From an uncultured Parachlamydiaceae bacterium (GTDB taxonomy: Bacteria > Chlamydiota > Chlamydiia > Chlamydiales > Parachlamydiaceae): a stretch of DNA of 64,000 nucleotides. Of the stretch, positions 40,379-50,926 are shown piece by piece. Where the stretch lies: NCBI GenBank assembly GCA_963742415.1, contig CAVULX010000004.1, positions 512,001 through 576,000 on the forward strand, in the 5' to 3' direction. Position numbers and translations under genes: made by a program. Position 1 is the first letter of the stretch. Each line of letters begins with the position of its first letter. The notes under the pieces were generated by a model that was not told the DNA's origin, did not search any database, and saw nothing but the letters and a program-made list of their open reading frames with translations.

Positions 40379-41263
40379 ATGTTAGGGAAATTTCTTGATC
40401 CAAAAAATGATCTGGCCTTTAAAAAAATCTTTGGAACTGAGAAGAACAAAGATATTCTCATCCATTTCCTCAATGATGTTATTGAATTTGATGAAGGTGC
40501 TCATATCCAAGATGTCGTTTTCTTAAAAACTGTTCAGGATCCTGAAATAAGGGCCCAAAAAACGAGTATAGTGGATATCTTGTGCAAAGATGAAAAGGGA
40601 AATCGCTATATCGTCGAAATGCAGGTGGCCCGTGAAAAAGGGTTTGAAAAGAGAGCCCAATATTATGCTTCTAAAGCGTACGCTTCCCAGATGAACGATG
40701 GGGGAAAGTTCCATACGCTTAAGTCTGTGATCTTTGTCGCGATTACTGATTTCATCATGTTTCCAAGGAAGAAAGACTTTAAATCAGATCATGTCATCCT
40801 TGATAAGAAAAGCTATGAAAATGATCTAAAAGATTTTTCTTTCACATTCCTAGAACTTCCGAAATTTAACAAAGGGATCGATGAACTTTCTAGTACAACA
40901 GAGATGTGGTTTTATTTTTTTAAACATGCTGGGGAAACATCTGGAGAAGATTTGCAAAAGTTGGCTGAGCACGAACAAATCATAGCCAAAGCCTATGATG
41001 TGCTCGATAGGTATTCTTGGAATGAAGAAGAGCTTCTTACTTATGATCAATTAGAGAAATACGAACTGACCTACCAAGCTTCCTTAGAATATAAATTTGA
41101 TGAAGGGAAGATGGTAGGCCTCGAGAAGGGAGAAAAAATCGGGATTGAAAAAGGGGAAAAAATGGCTTTGTTAAAAGTTGCAAAAAATTTGCTCAAGCAA
41201 GGGCTAAAAGTCCAAGAAATCCAAATCGTAACAGGATTATCTAAAAAAGATATTCTTTCCTGA
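40379..41263 (+). CDS. Rpn family recombination-promoting nuclease / PD-(D/E)XK putative transposase
   Basis: DPKNDLAFKKIFG, VEMQ, RAQYYASKAY, FLELPKF, C-terminal G.EKG repeats and TGLS. Confidence 0.92.
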   Translation: MLGKFLDPKNDLAFKKIFGTEKNKDILIHFLNDVIEFDEGAHIQDVVFLKTVQDPEIRAQKTSIVDILCKDEKGNRYIVEMQVAREKGFEKRAQYYASKAYASQMNDGGKFHTLKSVIFVAITDFIMFPRKKDFKSDHVILDKKSYENDLKDFSFTFLELPKFNKGIDELSSTTEMWFYFFKHAGETSGEDLQKLAEHEQIIAKAYDVLDRYSWNEEELLTYDQLEKYELTYQASLEYKFDEGKMVGLEKGEKIGIEKGEKMALLKVAKNLLKQGLKVQEIQIVTGLSKKDILS

Positions 41264-41309
41264 GAATGATTTTACTAAAATATAAAGCAATTGTTTCTTT
41301 GACGAATGT

Positions 41310-42299
41310 ATGGATGAACACTTTCTGGAACTTCCTTCCATTGCTGATGGAGCGGATAAAAGTTCGGCTATTAAAAATCGGATCAGAAAAAATTACCGGC
41401 ATATCCGCAAATGGGCTAAGCGCTCCTTGACGGACTGTTTCCGCGTATATGATCGGGATATCAAAGAATATCCTTTAGCTATCGATTTTTATGCAGGGCG
41501 TTTTTGCGTCCAATTTTTTTCTTATGATCGAAATTGTGATGAGCCTTCATCAGAGTTGGCGGAGGAGATCAATCAAACGTTATGTTCTATCTTTGACACT
41601 TCACCAGAGCTTATTTATTGGCGGACACGGGTCAAGCGCAAAAAAACGCAGCAATATGAAAAAAGGGATGATCGGCATCAGTTCTTCACTGTTTTGGAGT
41701 ATGGGGTGAAGTTTAGCGTCAACCTAAATGACTATCTCGACACCGGGCTGTTTTTAGATCATCGAGAGACACGCAGAATGGTCGCCTCCCTTGCAAAAGG
41801 GAAGCGGCTCCTCAACCTTTTTGCTTATACATGCGCCTTTAGCGTTCATGCAGCTATTGCTGGTGCGGCTTTTACTAAAAGCGTGGACATTTCGAATACT
41901 TACACAGATTGGGGACGCCGTAATTTTGTTCTAAACGGCCTTTCGCTTAAAAACCACGAAGTTATAAGAGCTGATTGCCTTAAATTTATTGAGGATGAAA
42001 GACCCGCGTCGGCCAAGTTTGATATAATTGTCATAGATCCGCCGACGATCTCCCGATCAAAAAAAATGGATCAAATGTTTGACATTCAAAAGGACCATCC
42101 GTTCCTTATCTCAAAAGCCCTTAAGCTTCTTTCCCCGGAGGGGGTCATTTTTTTCAGTACCAATTCAAGAAAATTCAAATTTGATGATTCCTTATCTCAC
42201 GTTTGCTCTATCCGGGAAATTTCAGACAAAACACTCCCCCTTGATTTTCACAACAAGAAAATTCATCGTTGTTGGAAAATTAGCCCTCTTCCTGTATAA
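41310..42299 (+). CDS. SAM-dependent rRNA methyltransferase (RlmK/RlmI-like)
   Basis: FRVYDRDI, DYLDTGLFLDHR, LNLFAYT and DPPT motifs. Confidence 0.88.
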   Translation: MDEHFLELPSIADGADKSSAIKNRIRKNYRHIRKWAKRSLTDCFRVYDRDIKEYPLAIDFYAGRFCVQFFSYDRNCDEPSSELAEEINQTLCSIFDTSPELIYWRTRVKRKKTQQYEKRDDRHQFFTVLEYGVKFSVNLNDYLDTGLFLDHRETRRMVASLAKGKRLLNLFAYTCAFSVHAAIAGAAFTKSVDISNTYTDWGRRNFVLNGLSLKNHEVIRADCLKFIEDERPASAKFDIIVIDPPTISRSKKMDQMFDIQKDHPFLISKALKLLSPEGVIFFSTNSRKFKFDDSLSHVCSIREISDKTLPLDFHNKKIHRCWKISPLPV

Positions 42300-42339
42300 A
42301 CCGTCATACGCATTCAATAAATAGGGGAGTAAGGAGACC

Positions 42340-43305
42340 ATGATGGGTGTAAAAAAAGCTTCGATCATCGCCTCCATTTCCCTGGTCATCATTGTTATAT
42401 TGGCTTATTCGATAAAATTGTCGATCGAACCACAGAAAAAGGTATTTATAGATTTTTTGAGTGCAGCTGAAACGCCTAAAGAATTTGTTTTATTTACATT
42501 ACCAAAAACAGGGACACACCTTTTAAGGCCTCTCCTCGAGTATCTAACGGACCTAGATTCCGTATCATACTGGGCCGATGACGTGAGGTGTTCAAAAGCT
42601 TATTTATACAATAAAAAAACTTTAGATCTACTTTTAAAACTTCCAGATGCCGTCCAGCCTTATTGGCTGCACCAGCCAGTGCAAAAAGATTGCTTTGTTT
42701 CTATTTTAGATGACTTGCAAAGTACCAGCGACTTTTTGGTCACACACGCCCCTTACTCGAAAGAGATGGAAAATATCATCAAGCAGCGGCAAGCTGTCGT
42801 TTTCTTTGTCATCAGAGATCCGAGGGATTGGATCATCTCCATCATCCGGCATCCCTCTGTATCAGGTGTAGATCTTTTTGGAGATCCAATTGGCGACCGT
42901 TACTTCACTTCATTAGATTTGGATCAAAAAATTGACCACATACTTAATGGAACAGCAGTTTACTATTCTGCGCTCGAGATCCTCAATAAGTTTATGCCTT
43001 GGATTAATTCTCCGGTATGTTGTTTTCTCCGCTTTGAAGTTCTTTTAGGTCCGCGAGGAAGCAATTACACTGAGGAGGAACAACTTAAGGAGTTAAGAAA
43101 AATAGCGGACGCCTTGAAGATTGATGTGTCTGATGAGATTCTATTGGATGCTTTTGATGAATCTTTTGGCAAAGGGAAAACATTTGCTAAAGGGAAGGCA
43201 AGTTCTTGGAAGGATTATTTTAAAGAAGAACACAAAGCTTTATTTAAGGAGAAGCTAGGAAAGGTTTTAATCGAACTAAGCTATGAGAAAGATTACAATT
43301 GGTAA
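42340..43305 (+). CDS. Sulfotransferase domain protein with N-terminal membrane anchor
   Basis: 5'-PSB PKTGTH, 3'-PB IRDPRDWIIS, LRFE and KGKASSWK motifs. Confidence 0.82.
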   Translation: MMGVKKASIIASISLVIIVILAYSIKLSIEPQKKVFIDFLSAAETPKEFVLFTLPKTGTHLLRPLLEYLTDLDSVSYWADDVRCSKAYLYNKKTLDLLLKLPDAVQPYWLHQPVQKDCFVSILDDLQSTSDFLVTHAPYSKEMENIIKQRQAVVFFVIRDPRDWIISIIRHPSVSGVDLFGDPIGDRYFTSLDLDQKIDHILNGTAVYYSALEILNKFMPWINSPVCCFLRFEVLLGPRGSNYTEEEQLKELRKIADALKIDVSDEILLDAFDESFGKGKTFAKGKASSWKDYFKEEHKALFKEKLGKVLIELSYEKDYNW

Positions 43306-43378
43306 AAATACATTTACACATAACTGCTTCTAAGAATATATGTCGATTTAAGTGCTGAATTTAATCTAAGGAAAAGCC

Positions 43379-44776
43379 ATGTTCACCCAAGTCAAATCAT
43401 TGAAAATGAGTTTAGTCCTCCTTTTCGCTCCAATGATTGTTTTTGCTTATGATACTTCAAACCAAGGCAGGCTGCAAGGTCAACAGCAACAGCAGAACAA
43501 TGCGGCAAGCCATGATGATGTGGCCAGCGGCCATATGGGAGGAGGGCATGGCGGCGGTGGCGGCGGAGGCGGAGGCGGCTGGGGTGGAGGAGGCTCGGGC
43601 GGCGGCCACTCCCATGGCAATTGGGGAGGAGGTGGTTACGGTAATTGGGACTCCGGAGGATACGGGTATCCTAATGATTACCCCCCTTCAAATTATTATC
43701 AACACTCGCCAACCCCCACTTATACGCCAATGCCAACTCCGGCTCCCCCGTCCCCTCCTACAATCACGCCAATACCTACTTTTACCCTGACGAATATGAC
43801 ACCGGTTGTTCATGTCGGAGATCCTATTCATATTAGGGTAAGCAATCCAACTTGCACCCCCACGGCCATCTATTGGAATTATGGCGGAGATACTTGGACA
43901 ACCGGGGGCTCAGATTTTACTCAAACAGCCAAAACAGCCGGAACAATGACAATTACGTCTGTAATTTTGTGCAGCAATGGAATGTATTCTCAACCTCAGA
44001 CAACACAAGTGACAATTTTGCCGCCTGGCGGGGGAACTCCTCAGGGTCCCGGGCGGATTCCTGTCCCTGTCCCTGTGCCTGCTCCTCCACCACCACCCGC
44101 TCCTGCTCTAACGCCGACCCCAACACCTACGCCAACCCCGACCCCCACTCCTACTCCTACACCATCGCCTACTCCAACCCCAACTCCCACACCGACTCCA
44201 ACGCCTACTCCAACCCCATTAGTCATTTACCAAAGAATTATAGATATACTGTTAGGATTGGGAATTAATGTTAATGGCGTGACAATTAACATCGACGGGG
44301 GAACAATCAATTGGGGACCAGATTCAAATTGGGGAAGCTATTATGGAAGTTCGTCCGGTTCATATGTAATTGAGCCGCCGATTTTAAAACAGCACATCAA
44401 AATTCAGGCTAAGCCGGATACAATTACAGGATGTTATCAAACCGATTATGGCCTGATGCGTCTATACATAAAAGACAAAACAGTCACAGGCACATTCAAG
44501 TACTATGGTCGCAATAATTTGATCGGTACGCTTAAGGATAACATTTTAGTAGGTATTTGGGTGAAACCAGCAAAGGGGAAAAAACCCCTGAAGTCTGGCC
44601 CGTTTCAGTTTGTTTTCACTGAAAAGTGGGCTTCCTTCAAAGGAGTTTGGGGAAATAAAGGGCAAGTTCCATTGTCAAAAATCTGGAATGGAACTCGCAT
44701 TGAATGCCCCACTAAAAATACAAAAAGACCCGCAAAGCCTGTCAAACCCACCCCAGGTGGACCAGGCACCCTATAA
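43379..44776 (+). CDS. Secreted Gly-rich / Pro-Thr repeat protein
   Basis: Signal peptide, Gly-rich tract, PKD-like segment, (TP)18-like linker and C-terminal beta domain. Confidence 0.8.
   Translation: MFTQVKSLKMSLVLLFAPMIVFAYDTSNQGRLQGQQQQQNNAASHDDVASGHMGGGHGGGGGGGGGGWGGGGSGGGHSHGNWGGGGYGNWDSGGYGYPNDYPPSNYYQHSPTPTYTPMPTPAPPSPPTITPIPTFTLTNMTPVVHVGDPIHIRVSNPTCTPTAIYWNYGGDTWTTGGSDFTQTAKTAGTMTITSVILCSNGMYSQPQTTQVTILPPGGGTPQGPGRIPVPVPVPAPPPPPAPALTPTPTPTPTPTPTPTPTPSPTPTPTPTPTPTPTPTPLVIYQRIIDILLGLGINVNGVTINIDGGTINWGPDSNWGSYYGSSSGSYVIEPPILKQHIKIQAKPDTITGCYQTDYGLMRLYIKDKTVTGTFKYYGRNNLIGTLKDNILVGIWVKPAKGKKPLKSGPFQFVFTEKWASFKGVWGNKGQVPLSKIWNGTRIECPTKNTKRPAKPVKPTPGGPGTL
44111..44218 (+). repeat. Degenerate 6-bp coding repeat (Thr-Pro)n
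   Basis: 18 dipeptides with variable third codon positions. Confidence 0.9.
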
Positions 44777-44792
44777 ACTGATGAATTGATTT

Positions 44793-44825
44793 AATAGTCC
44801 TCGTAAAGTTATTACGAGGATTATT
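44793..44825 (+). terminator. Hairpin, probable terminator
   Basis: AATAGTCCTCGTAA-AGTTA-TTACGAGGATTATT followed by T residues. Confidence 0.55.
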
Positions 44826-44837
44826 TTCAATGGTAGA

Positions 44838-46268
44838 ATGGCTAAAAACGTTTACGATGCGATTGTCATCGGATCAGGACCTAACGGTCTATCAGCAGCC
44901 ATTAAGTTGGCGCAGGCCGGCCTTTCCGTGGCTATCTATGAGGCTAAATCGACCCTTGGCGGCGGAATGCGTTCTGCAGAATTGACGCTGCCAGGATTTG
45001 TCCATGACGTTTGCTCAGCTGTACACCCTCTAGGGCTTGGTTCCCCATTTTTTCGTGAACTCCCTTTGGGTCAATATGGTCTTGAATGGATCCATCCCTC
45101 AGCTCCTTTAGCCCACCCCTTTGACGACGGAACCGCTGCTTTGCTTGAACGCTCTCTCGATGCAACATGTAGGAATTTAGGTGAGGATGGGGATGCATAT
45201 AAAGATCTGATGGAGCCTCTCGTTTCCAATTGGCATCTTCTTGGAAAAGAGATCTTAGCGCCTCTCCATTGGCCGAAACATCCTTACCTCATGGGATGCT
45301 TTGGCTTGCTTGGTCTCCGATCAGCTAAAAGTTTATCTGACAGCTTATTTAAAAGTGATTGTGCGAGAAGTTTCTTTGCCGGCCTTGCGGCCCATGCTAT
45401 TCTGCCGCTTGACAAACCTTTAACAGCTGCATTTGGCCTTGTGCTTGGGATACTGGGCCATGCAGTAGGTTGGCCCTTCCCTAGAGGGGGATCCCAAAAA
45501 ATCGCGGATGCCTTAGCTGCTATTTTTCTCTCGTTAGGAGGTCAAATTTATACTGACGTCAACGTCGAGAACCTAGGCGAGCTTCCCCCTTCTCAAGCTG
45601 TTTTGTGTGATATAACTCCCAAGCAATTATTACAGATTGCAGGGGATCGTTTGCCTTTAGGCTATCGCCGTCAGTTGGAGGGATATAGGTATGGTCCCGG
45701 GGCATTCAAAATAGATTGGGCTCTTAACCATCCAATCCCTTGGAAAGCTAAGGAATGTGCTAGGGCAGGCACTGTTCATGTAGGAGGTACGGCTGAAGAA
45801 ATTGCGGCTTCAGAGAGTGCAGTATGGAAGGGAAACTGTTCTAATAAACCCTACATTATCCTCGCTCAGCCAAGTTTATTTGACTCGACACGCGCTCCAG
45901 AGGAGATGCACACAGCTTGGGCTTACTGCCATGTTCCCAACGGATCAACCATGAATATGAAAGAAATAATTGAAACCCAGATAGAAAGATTTGCTCCGGG
46001 TTTTAAAGATTGCATCCTTGCGCGAAGCACAAAATCACCCATGGAGTTAGAATCTTATAATGCCAATTATGTTGGGGGAGATATCAATGGGGGAGTTCAA
46101 GATATTCGTCAACTTTTTACCCGACCTGTAGCAAGAGCTGTGCCCTATTCGACTCCTGTTAAAGGTTTGTATATCTGCTCTTCTTCGACCCCTCCAGGAG
46201 GAGGAGTTCATGGGATGTGCGGCTATCATGCAGCCAGAGCTGTCCTGAGAGATGTTTTTAAAAATTAA
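44838..46268 (+). CDS. Phytoene dehydrogenase-like FAD-dependent oxidoreductase
   Basis: IGSGPNGL, HDVCSAVHP and STPPGGGVHGMCGY motifs. Confidence 0.9.
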   Translation: MAKNVYDAIVIGSGPNGLSAAIKLAQAGLSVAIYEAKSTLGGGMRSAELTLPGFVHDVCSAVHPLGLGSPFFRELPLGQYGLEWIHPSAPLAHPFDDGTAALLERSLDATCRNLGEDGDAYKDLMEPLVSNWHLLGKEILAPLHWPKHPYLMGCFGLLGLRSAKSLSDSLFKSDCARSFFAGLAAHAILPLDKPLTAAFGLVLGILGHAVGWPFPRGGSQKIADALAAIFLSLGGQIYTDVNVENLGELPPSQAVLCDITPKQLLQIAGDRLPLGYRRQLEGYRYGPGAFKIDWALNHPIPWKAKECARAGTVHVGGTAEEIAASESAVWKGNCSNKPYIILAQPSLFDSTRAPEEMHTAWAYCHVPNGSTMNMKEIIETQIERFAPGFKDCILARSTKSPMELESYNANYVGGDINGGVQDIRQLFTRPVARAVPYSTPVKGLYICSSSTPPGGGVHGMCGYHAARAVLRDVFKN

Positions 46269-46536
46269 GCCATAAACTGCTTATATCTAATAGTTTACAT
46301 TTTTGTGGGGACATTTTACAAATAAATCCTTTTAGGATAGCATGGAGCCAAGGAGGGACAAATAACTATTTAGTCTTCAGAATGTGTATATCATGGTTCT
46401 TGAGCCTGTATATTCACATAAGCAGGAATAAAAATCCTGCATCAACATTTTCTTTGAAGATTGCGCAAAATTTCTTTTTTTGTTTTGTCTTTGTTAGACG
46501 AAGCAAAACTGAAGTATTAAAGAAAATGGAGGTATT

Positions 46537-46875
46537 ATGAATACTAGGTTATTATTGATAACTTCTCTTTGTTTAATTCTCGTTGCCTGGGCATCTCCAA
46601 ATTTAAATGGTTTAACTGCCACATTTGAAAAACAAGGTATGCAGCGAGAAGTTCAAAATGCAGATCTATTTATCACAAGCCAAGTCAATCAGGCATTATC
46701 TAATGATGGGCATTTTGGCACCGAGATGAAAAATGTGACAATCTCAACAAAAGATGGCGTGGTTACAATGAAAGGAACTGTGTCCGACAAACAAATGAAG
46801 GATAGCATAGTTCAAAAAGTAAAGACAGTGCCAGGCGTCAATGATGTCAAAGACGAACTCGAAGTGCAAAAATAA
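46537..46875 (+). CDS. BON domain protein
   Basis: Signal peptide; DGVVTMKGTV...VPGVNDVKDEL. Confidence 0.88.
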   Translation: MNTRLLLITSLCLILVAWASPNLNGLTATFEKQGMQREVQNADLFITSQVNQALSNDGHFGTEMKNVTISTKDGVVTMKGTVSDKQMKDSIVQKVKTVPGVNDVKDELEVQK

Positions 46876-46922
46876 TGACAACTGAAATTAGAGGGTAAAA
46901 GTTGATTTGCAAATGATGATAG

Positions 46923-46973
46923 ACCCACTGGGATCAATACTTTGGTATATTTTCCCAGTGGGTTTTATTTTTT
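46923..46973 (+). terminator. Rho-independent terminator
   Basis: ACCCACTGGGA...TCCCAGTGGGT followed by a T-rich tract. Confidence 0.7.
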
Positions 46974-47054
46974 AACAAAAATCTTTAAATCCTTTTCTGT
47001 TGCCTTTTAAATATATTTTTTAATAAAAAAGTATTTTAACAAGGAGAAGGATTT

Positions 47055-47438
47055 ATGGAATTATCGATATTTTTAGCTAAGTGGCTTGGCATTTACATGT
47101 TGGCAATGGCGTTAATTGCCTTAGTGCGCAAAGAACAATTTCATAGAGTCATGAGAAGCATATCTGCTTCAGAAGGAATCTTGGCTTTGGCAGGATCAAT
47201 TAATTTGCTTGGGGGTATTGCACTGCTTATTGGCCACCCTGTATGGGAGTTGAGTTGGAGAGTTTTGATTACCTTACTTGGGGTTCTGGCAGTTATTCAA
47301 GGAATATTACGGTTGGGCTTTACTGAAGAAATTCAAAAAAGATTTACTCCAGATAAAATGGAGCGAAGTTATTGGATTATCATCGCTGTTTTGATCGTTT
47401 TAGGATTAATCTTGACCTACGCTGGCTTTAGTCAATAA
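47055..47438 (+). CDS. Small 4-TM hypothetical membrane protein
   Basis: Hydrophobic ORF with HPVW...W.VLITLLG motif; strong RBS. Confidence 0.75.
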   Translation: MELSIFLAKWLGIYMLAMALIALVRKEQFHRVMRSISASEGILALAGSINLLGGIALLIGHPVWELSWRVLITLLGVLAVIQGILRLGFTEEIQKRFTPDKMERSYWIIIAVLIVLGLILTYAGFSQ

Positions 47439-47444
47439 AAAAAT

Positions 47445-48692
47445 ATGCCTAAGGTTATTATTATTGGTGGGGGCTTTGGGGGCATTAATGCTGCCAAAGC
47501 TCTTAAAAAAGCTGATGTCGAATTATTAGTTATCGATAAAGCCAATCATCATCTTTTCCAACCACTGCTATATCAAGTCGCTACAGCAGCTCTCTCCATG
47601 AGCGACATAGCGTCGCCTATTCGAGAAATTTTAAAAAATCAATCCAATACAGCTGTTCTGATGGCTTATGTCGATAAAATTGACCTAGTTTCTCAACAGA
47701 TATCGACTTCAAATGGAAAATCTTATCCTTATGATTATTTAATTATAGCCACAGGAAGCCAGCTTTCTTACTTTGGCCACAACAACTGGGAAGCCTATGC
47801 TCCTGGAGTTAAGACACTGGGCGATGCCGTTCGAATTCGGGAGCACATCTTATGCGCTTTTGAAAAGGCTGAGGTTTGTGAAGACCCTGTAAAAATAGAT
47901 CATTATTTAAATTTCGCTGTTGTGGGAGCTGGCCCCACAGGTGTTGAGATGGCGGGTTCCATTGCCGAGTTTGCTCATTTAACGCTCTATAAAAATTTCC
48001 GACTAATCAATCCGGAAAAATCACATATCTATTTAATCGAAGGGGCTAATCAAGTCTTGCCAAGCTATCCTGCAAAATTAGGGGCACGAGCAAAAAAAGA
48101 CCTCGAAAAGTTGGGTGTTGAAGTTATGTTGAACACTCTGGTGACCGATGTCAACTCGGACGGAATCCATATTAAAGATCAATTTATTCCTGCTCAAAAT
48201 ATCATTTGGGCGGCTGGCAACCAGACTTCCCCTTTGCTTAAAACTTTAAATGTTTCTTTAGATCGGCAAGGGCGTGTAAACGTGGAGCCTGATCTATCAG
48301 TGCCTGGCCACCCGAATGTTTTTGTTATTGGAGATGCTGCATGCAGCCTGAATAAAAAGGGGGAGCCGCTCCCAGGACTAGCCCCAGCAGCTATCCAGCA
48401 AGGGCTTTATGTGGCAAAGTTAATTAAAAAAAATGTTCCTCCTGCTGATCGCCCTCCATTCGTTTATTTTGATAAAGGGATGCTGGCGACAATAGGGCGA
48501 GGTAAAGCTGTAGGGGTGGTTAAAAACTTCTGTTTTTCAGGCTTTTTTGCTTGGATGATCTGGTGCTGCATTCATATTTTTTATCTCATTAGCTTTCGAA
48601 ATCGTGTGTTGGTGATGTTTCATTGGCTTAGCCTTTACATTACAAATCGGAGGCAAGCACGCATTATTGTGCGCTCTGCGCAGAAAAAATGA
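47445..48692 (+). CDS. ndh: Type II NADH dehydrogenase-like FAD oxidoreductase
   Basis: GGGFGG, HLFQPLLYQVAT, GAGPTGVEMAG and DKGMLATIGR motifs. Confidence 0.9.
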   Translation: MPKVIIIGGGFGGINAAKALKKADVELLVIDKANHHLFQPLLYQVATAALSMSDIASPIREILKNQSNTAVLMAYVDKIDLVSQQISTSNGKSYPYDYLIIATGSQLSYFGHNNWEAYAPGVKTLGDAVRIREHILCAFEKAEVCEDPVKIDHYLNFAVVGAGPTGVEMAGSIAEFAHLTLYKNFRLINPEKSHIYLIEGANQVLPSYPAKLGARAKKDLEKLGVEVMLNTLVTDVNSDGIHIKDQFIPAQNIIWAAGNQTSPLLKTLNVSLDRQGRVNVEPDLSVPGHPNVFVIGDAACSLNKKGEPLPGLAPAAIQQGLYVAKLIKKNVPPADRPPFVYFDKGMLATIGRGKAVGVVKNFCFSGFFAWMIWCCIHIFYLISFRNRVLVMFHWLSLYITNRRQARIIVRSAQKK

Positions 48693-48748
48693 TCCTTAAA
48701 ATGCTTTGAAAAACAAGTTAACCATCTTTTTTAGTTGATGCTAAACGA

Positions 48749-48947
48749 ATTTTATACCGTCCTTACAGGACTCTGTTTTTTTGAATTTTACCCAGGCCTT
48801 CGCTTCGCTACGATCTGGGCTGTGACATTCCGCGCCTTCGGCGCTGAAAATGGCCTGAAAGGCCGAAATATTATAGCCCAGGTCGTAGCGAAGCGAAGGC
48901 CTGGGTAAAATTCAAAAAAACAGAGTCCTGTAAGGACGGCATAAAAT
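48749..48947. repeat. 199-bp branched palindrome, REP/REPIN-like
   Basis: 48749-48821 pairs with 48875-48947 (2 mismatches); central hairpins GCGCC-TTC-GGCGC and GGCCT-GAA-AGGCC. Confidence 0.95.
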
Positions 48948-49082
48948 GCTTTTTTCATAGAGGACAGTTTCAGGAAAAATTTGCAATCTTTTGAGGCCAA
49001 AAGTCATATTCTTTGCAAATCTATTTAGATCAAAATGCATGCATACATCATTTTCAAGGGGAAATTACGACGAATTCAGCAC

Positions 49083-50421
49083 CTACTTTTTAACATTCTC
49101 TTTTGAAATTTCGTCGTAGATGCTTGCTATTATTTTATTCAAATCATTGTCTAATTTAGGACGAAGTTCGTCGAGAAAACTTTCTAATATTCCTATTTTT
49201 ATAAGACCCTGAAATAGGCATTTAATTTGATAGTAACGGGGAGCGCTAAAATTAAGTTGCATAGCTTGATGCGTCCGTGTTTTTATCGCTTCCTTTATCC
49301 AGATCTCAAGGAGTTGTGACCAATTTGGACACAAAACAATAAATAGGGAAAAACAATTGGGGCAACTAAAACAATCTGAGATTTCTTTTTGCACTCCTGC
49401 TTTCATTAAATTAACCATCTGTTCGTTTTCAAAAATCTTCGTCAGAAATTTTTGCTCATGGCCCATTTTTTCCAAAGCATCCAATAAGCGTTCTAAAGGA
49501 TACATTGAGACATAGTTGTTTGGATTAAAAATGGCTTCGATTTTTTGGGAAACAATAGGATAAAGGGCTTCTCCATTAAAAAAGTTTAATAAGACAAGAC
49601 CTTCAACCGTCGCAGAAACAATTTTCCCCAGCTGCGTTGAAGTACAATACCCATTCTAAGTAATATTTTCGTTGATTATTTTTGTATGATGGGCAAAAAA
49701 TACATTTTTGGAAGTCATCCGATACTGCTAGAGTTTGTTCACCAAAAGCAATAACCTCTTTTTTCAAAGATTCTGCCCTCTCTGAAATAGATTGAGGGCA
49801 AATTTTGAAGAAATTCTCTACTGTTTTTTCATCCATGTGTATAAAAAAATAGAAAAAGAGGTCATCGCTTATCCCTGAGGGTAGAATTTCAAAAAGTGAA
49901 TTTAAAAAAACCTGCTTTTCAATCAAAGCCCAATTATTCTGGGTTATTCCGAGAGCCCATTTCAAGAAGAAAGGTTCATAAGCATTAGTACTTCGATTTT
50001 TAAGGATCGACATGCAGACTTCACGCAAAATTGTGTTGGAACAATATTTAAGGATGTGAAGAATGAGCCCCTTTTCACTACTAATGAGATAAACGACAAC
50101 CTCTCTTTTCTTTTTATCTAGGGAGATGAAATATTCTGTAAATAAGCTTAATTTATCTTGTTCTTCGAGTTCGGGGTCGATGGCAATGGTTAACAGATAG
50201 ATTAACTTTTCAATGCTGCTCGATTCATTTTTTTCTCTAGAGTCAGTAGATATTTTTTTTATCTCTTCGTATAATTGATATTTAGATTGATTTAATTCAT
50301 CTTCGTATGGCTTGAAAAGTCCTTTAAGATGAGCTTTTTTTATTGTTTCAATGATCTGATCTAAATTATTTACATGGGGGGCTTTTGAAAAACCTTGAGC
50401 TGAAACTCCTTGTACTGTCAT
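49083..50421 (-). CDS. Hypothetical protein (about 445 aa) split by one +1 frameshift near 49625
   Basis: The frame of 49083-49505 is open upstream to about 49655 and overlaps the end of 49603-50421; the shift can be placed at a GGGGAAAA run. Confidence 0.55.
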
Positions 50422-50538
50422 AACAAACTCGTTTTAAATTAATTTAAATAAGAATAATCTAAGCTAAAATAAGTAGCTACCAAAAATTTGTAGTTTTTCC
50501 CTGTTGTCCAACCAATTTAAACAACAAATGGTAACGTT

Positions 50539-50913
50539 ATGAAAACATTAGCAGCAATTTTAACGGGAATAGTGGCCCTCTTACATCTGTTTTTTTTAGT
50601 TTTGGAGATGTTTTTATGGCAGACCGACATCGGGCTCAAAACTTTCGAATTAACTCCCGAAATGGCTGCTCAAACAGCCGTTTTAGCTAAAAACCAAGGG
50701 CTTTACAATGGTTTTTTAGCCGCCGGGCTTATCTGGACATTTTTTATATCCGATGTTAGATTTCAAAAATCTGCACGAACATTTTTTCTCGCTTGCATTA
50801 TCATTGCAGGTGTCTATGGGGCTGCGACTGCAAAATTTTCCATTATTTTTATCCAAGCGCTTCCGGCTTTGCTTGCCTTGATTGCTGTCCGATGCTTTGA
50901 CAAAAAGGGGTAA
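50539..50913 (+). CDS. DUF1304 family membrane protein
   Basis: H...LVLEMFLW, NQGLYNGFLAAGL and QALPA motifs. Confidence 0.9.
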   Translation: MKTLAAILTGIVALLHLFFLVLEMFLWQTDIGLKTFELTPEMAAQTAVLAKNQGLYNGFLAAGLIWTFFISDVRFQKSARTFFLACIIIAGVYGAATAKFSIIFIQALPALLALIAVRCFDKKG

Positions 50914-50926
50914 TGGACGAGATCTC

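Noticed and set aside
40379..41263. Rpn gene as an insertion sequence
   Set aside because: No terminal inverted repeats or target duplication seen, and Rpn proteins are not established transposases.
44041..44226. Antisense (GV)n ORF
   Set aside because: A mirror of the Thr-Pro repeat on the coding strand.
48788..49000. 70-aa ORF over the palindrome
   Set aside because: A by-product of the GC-rich inverted repeat, with no protein features.
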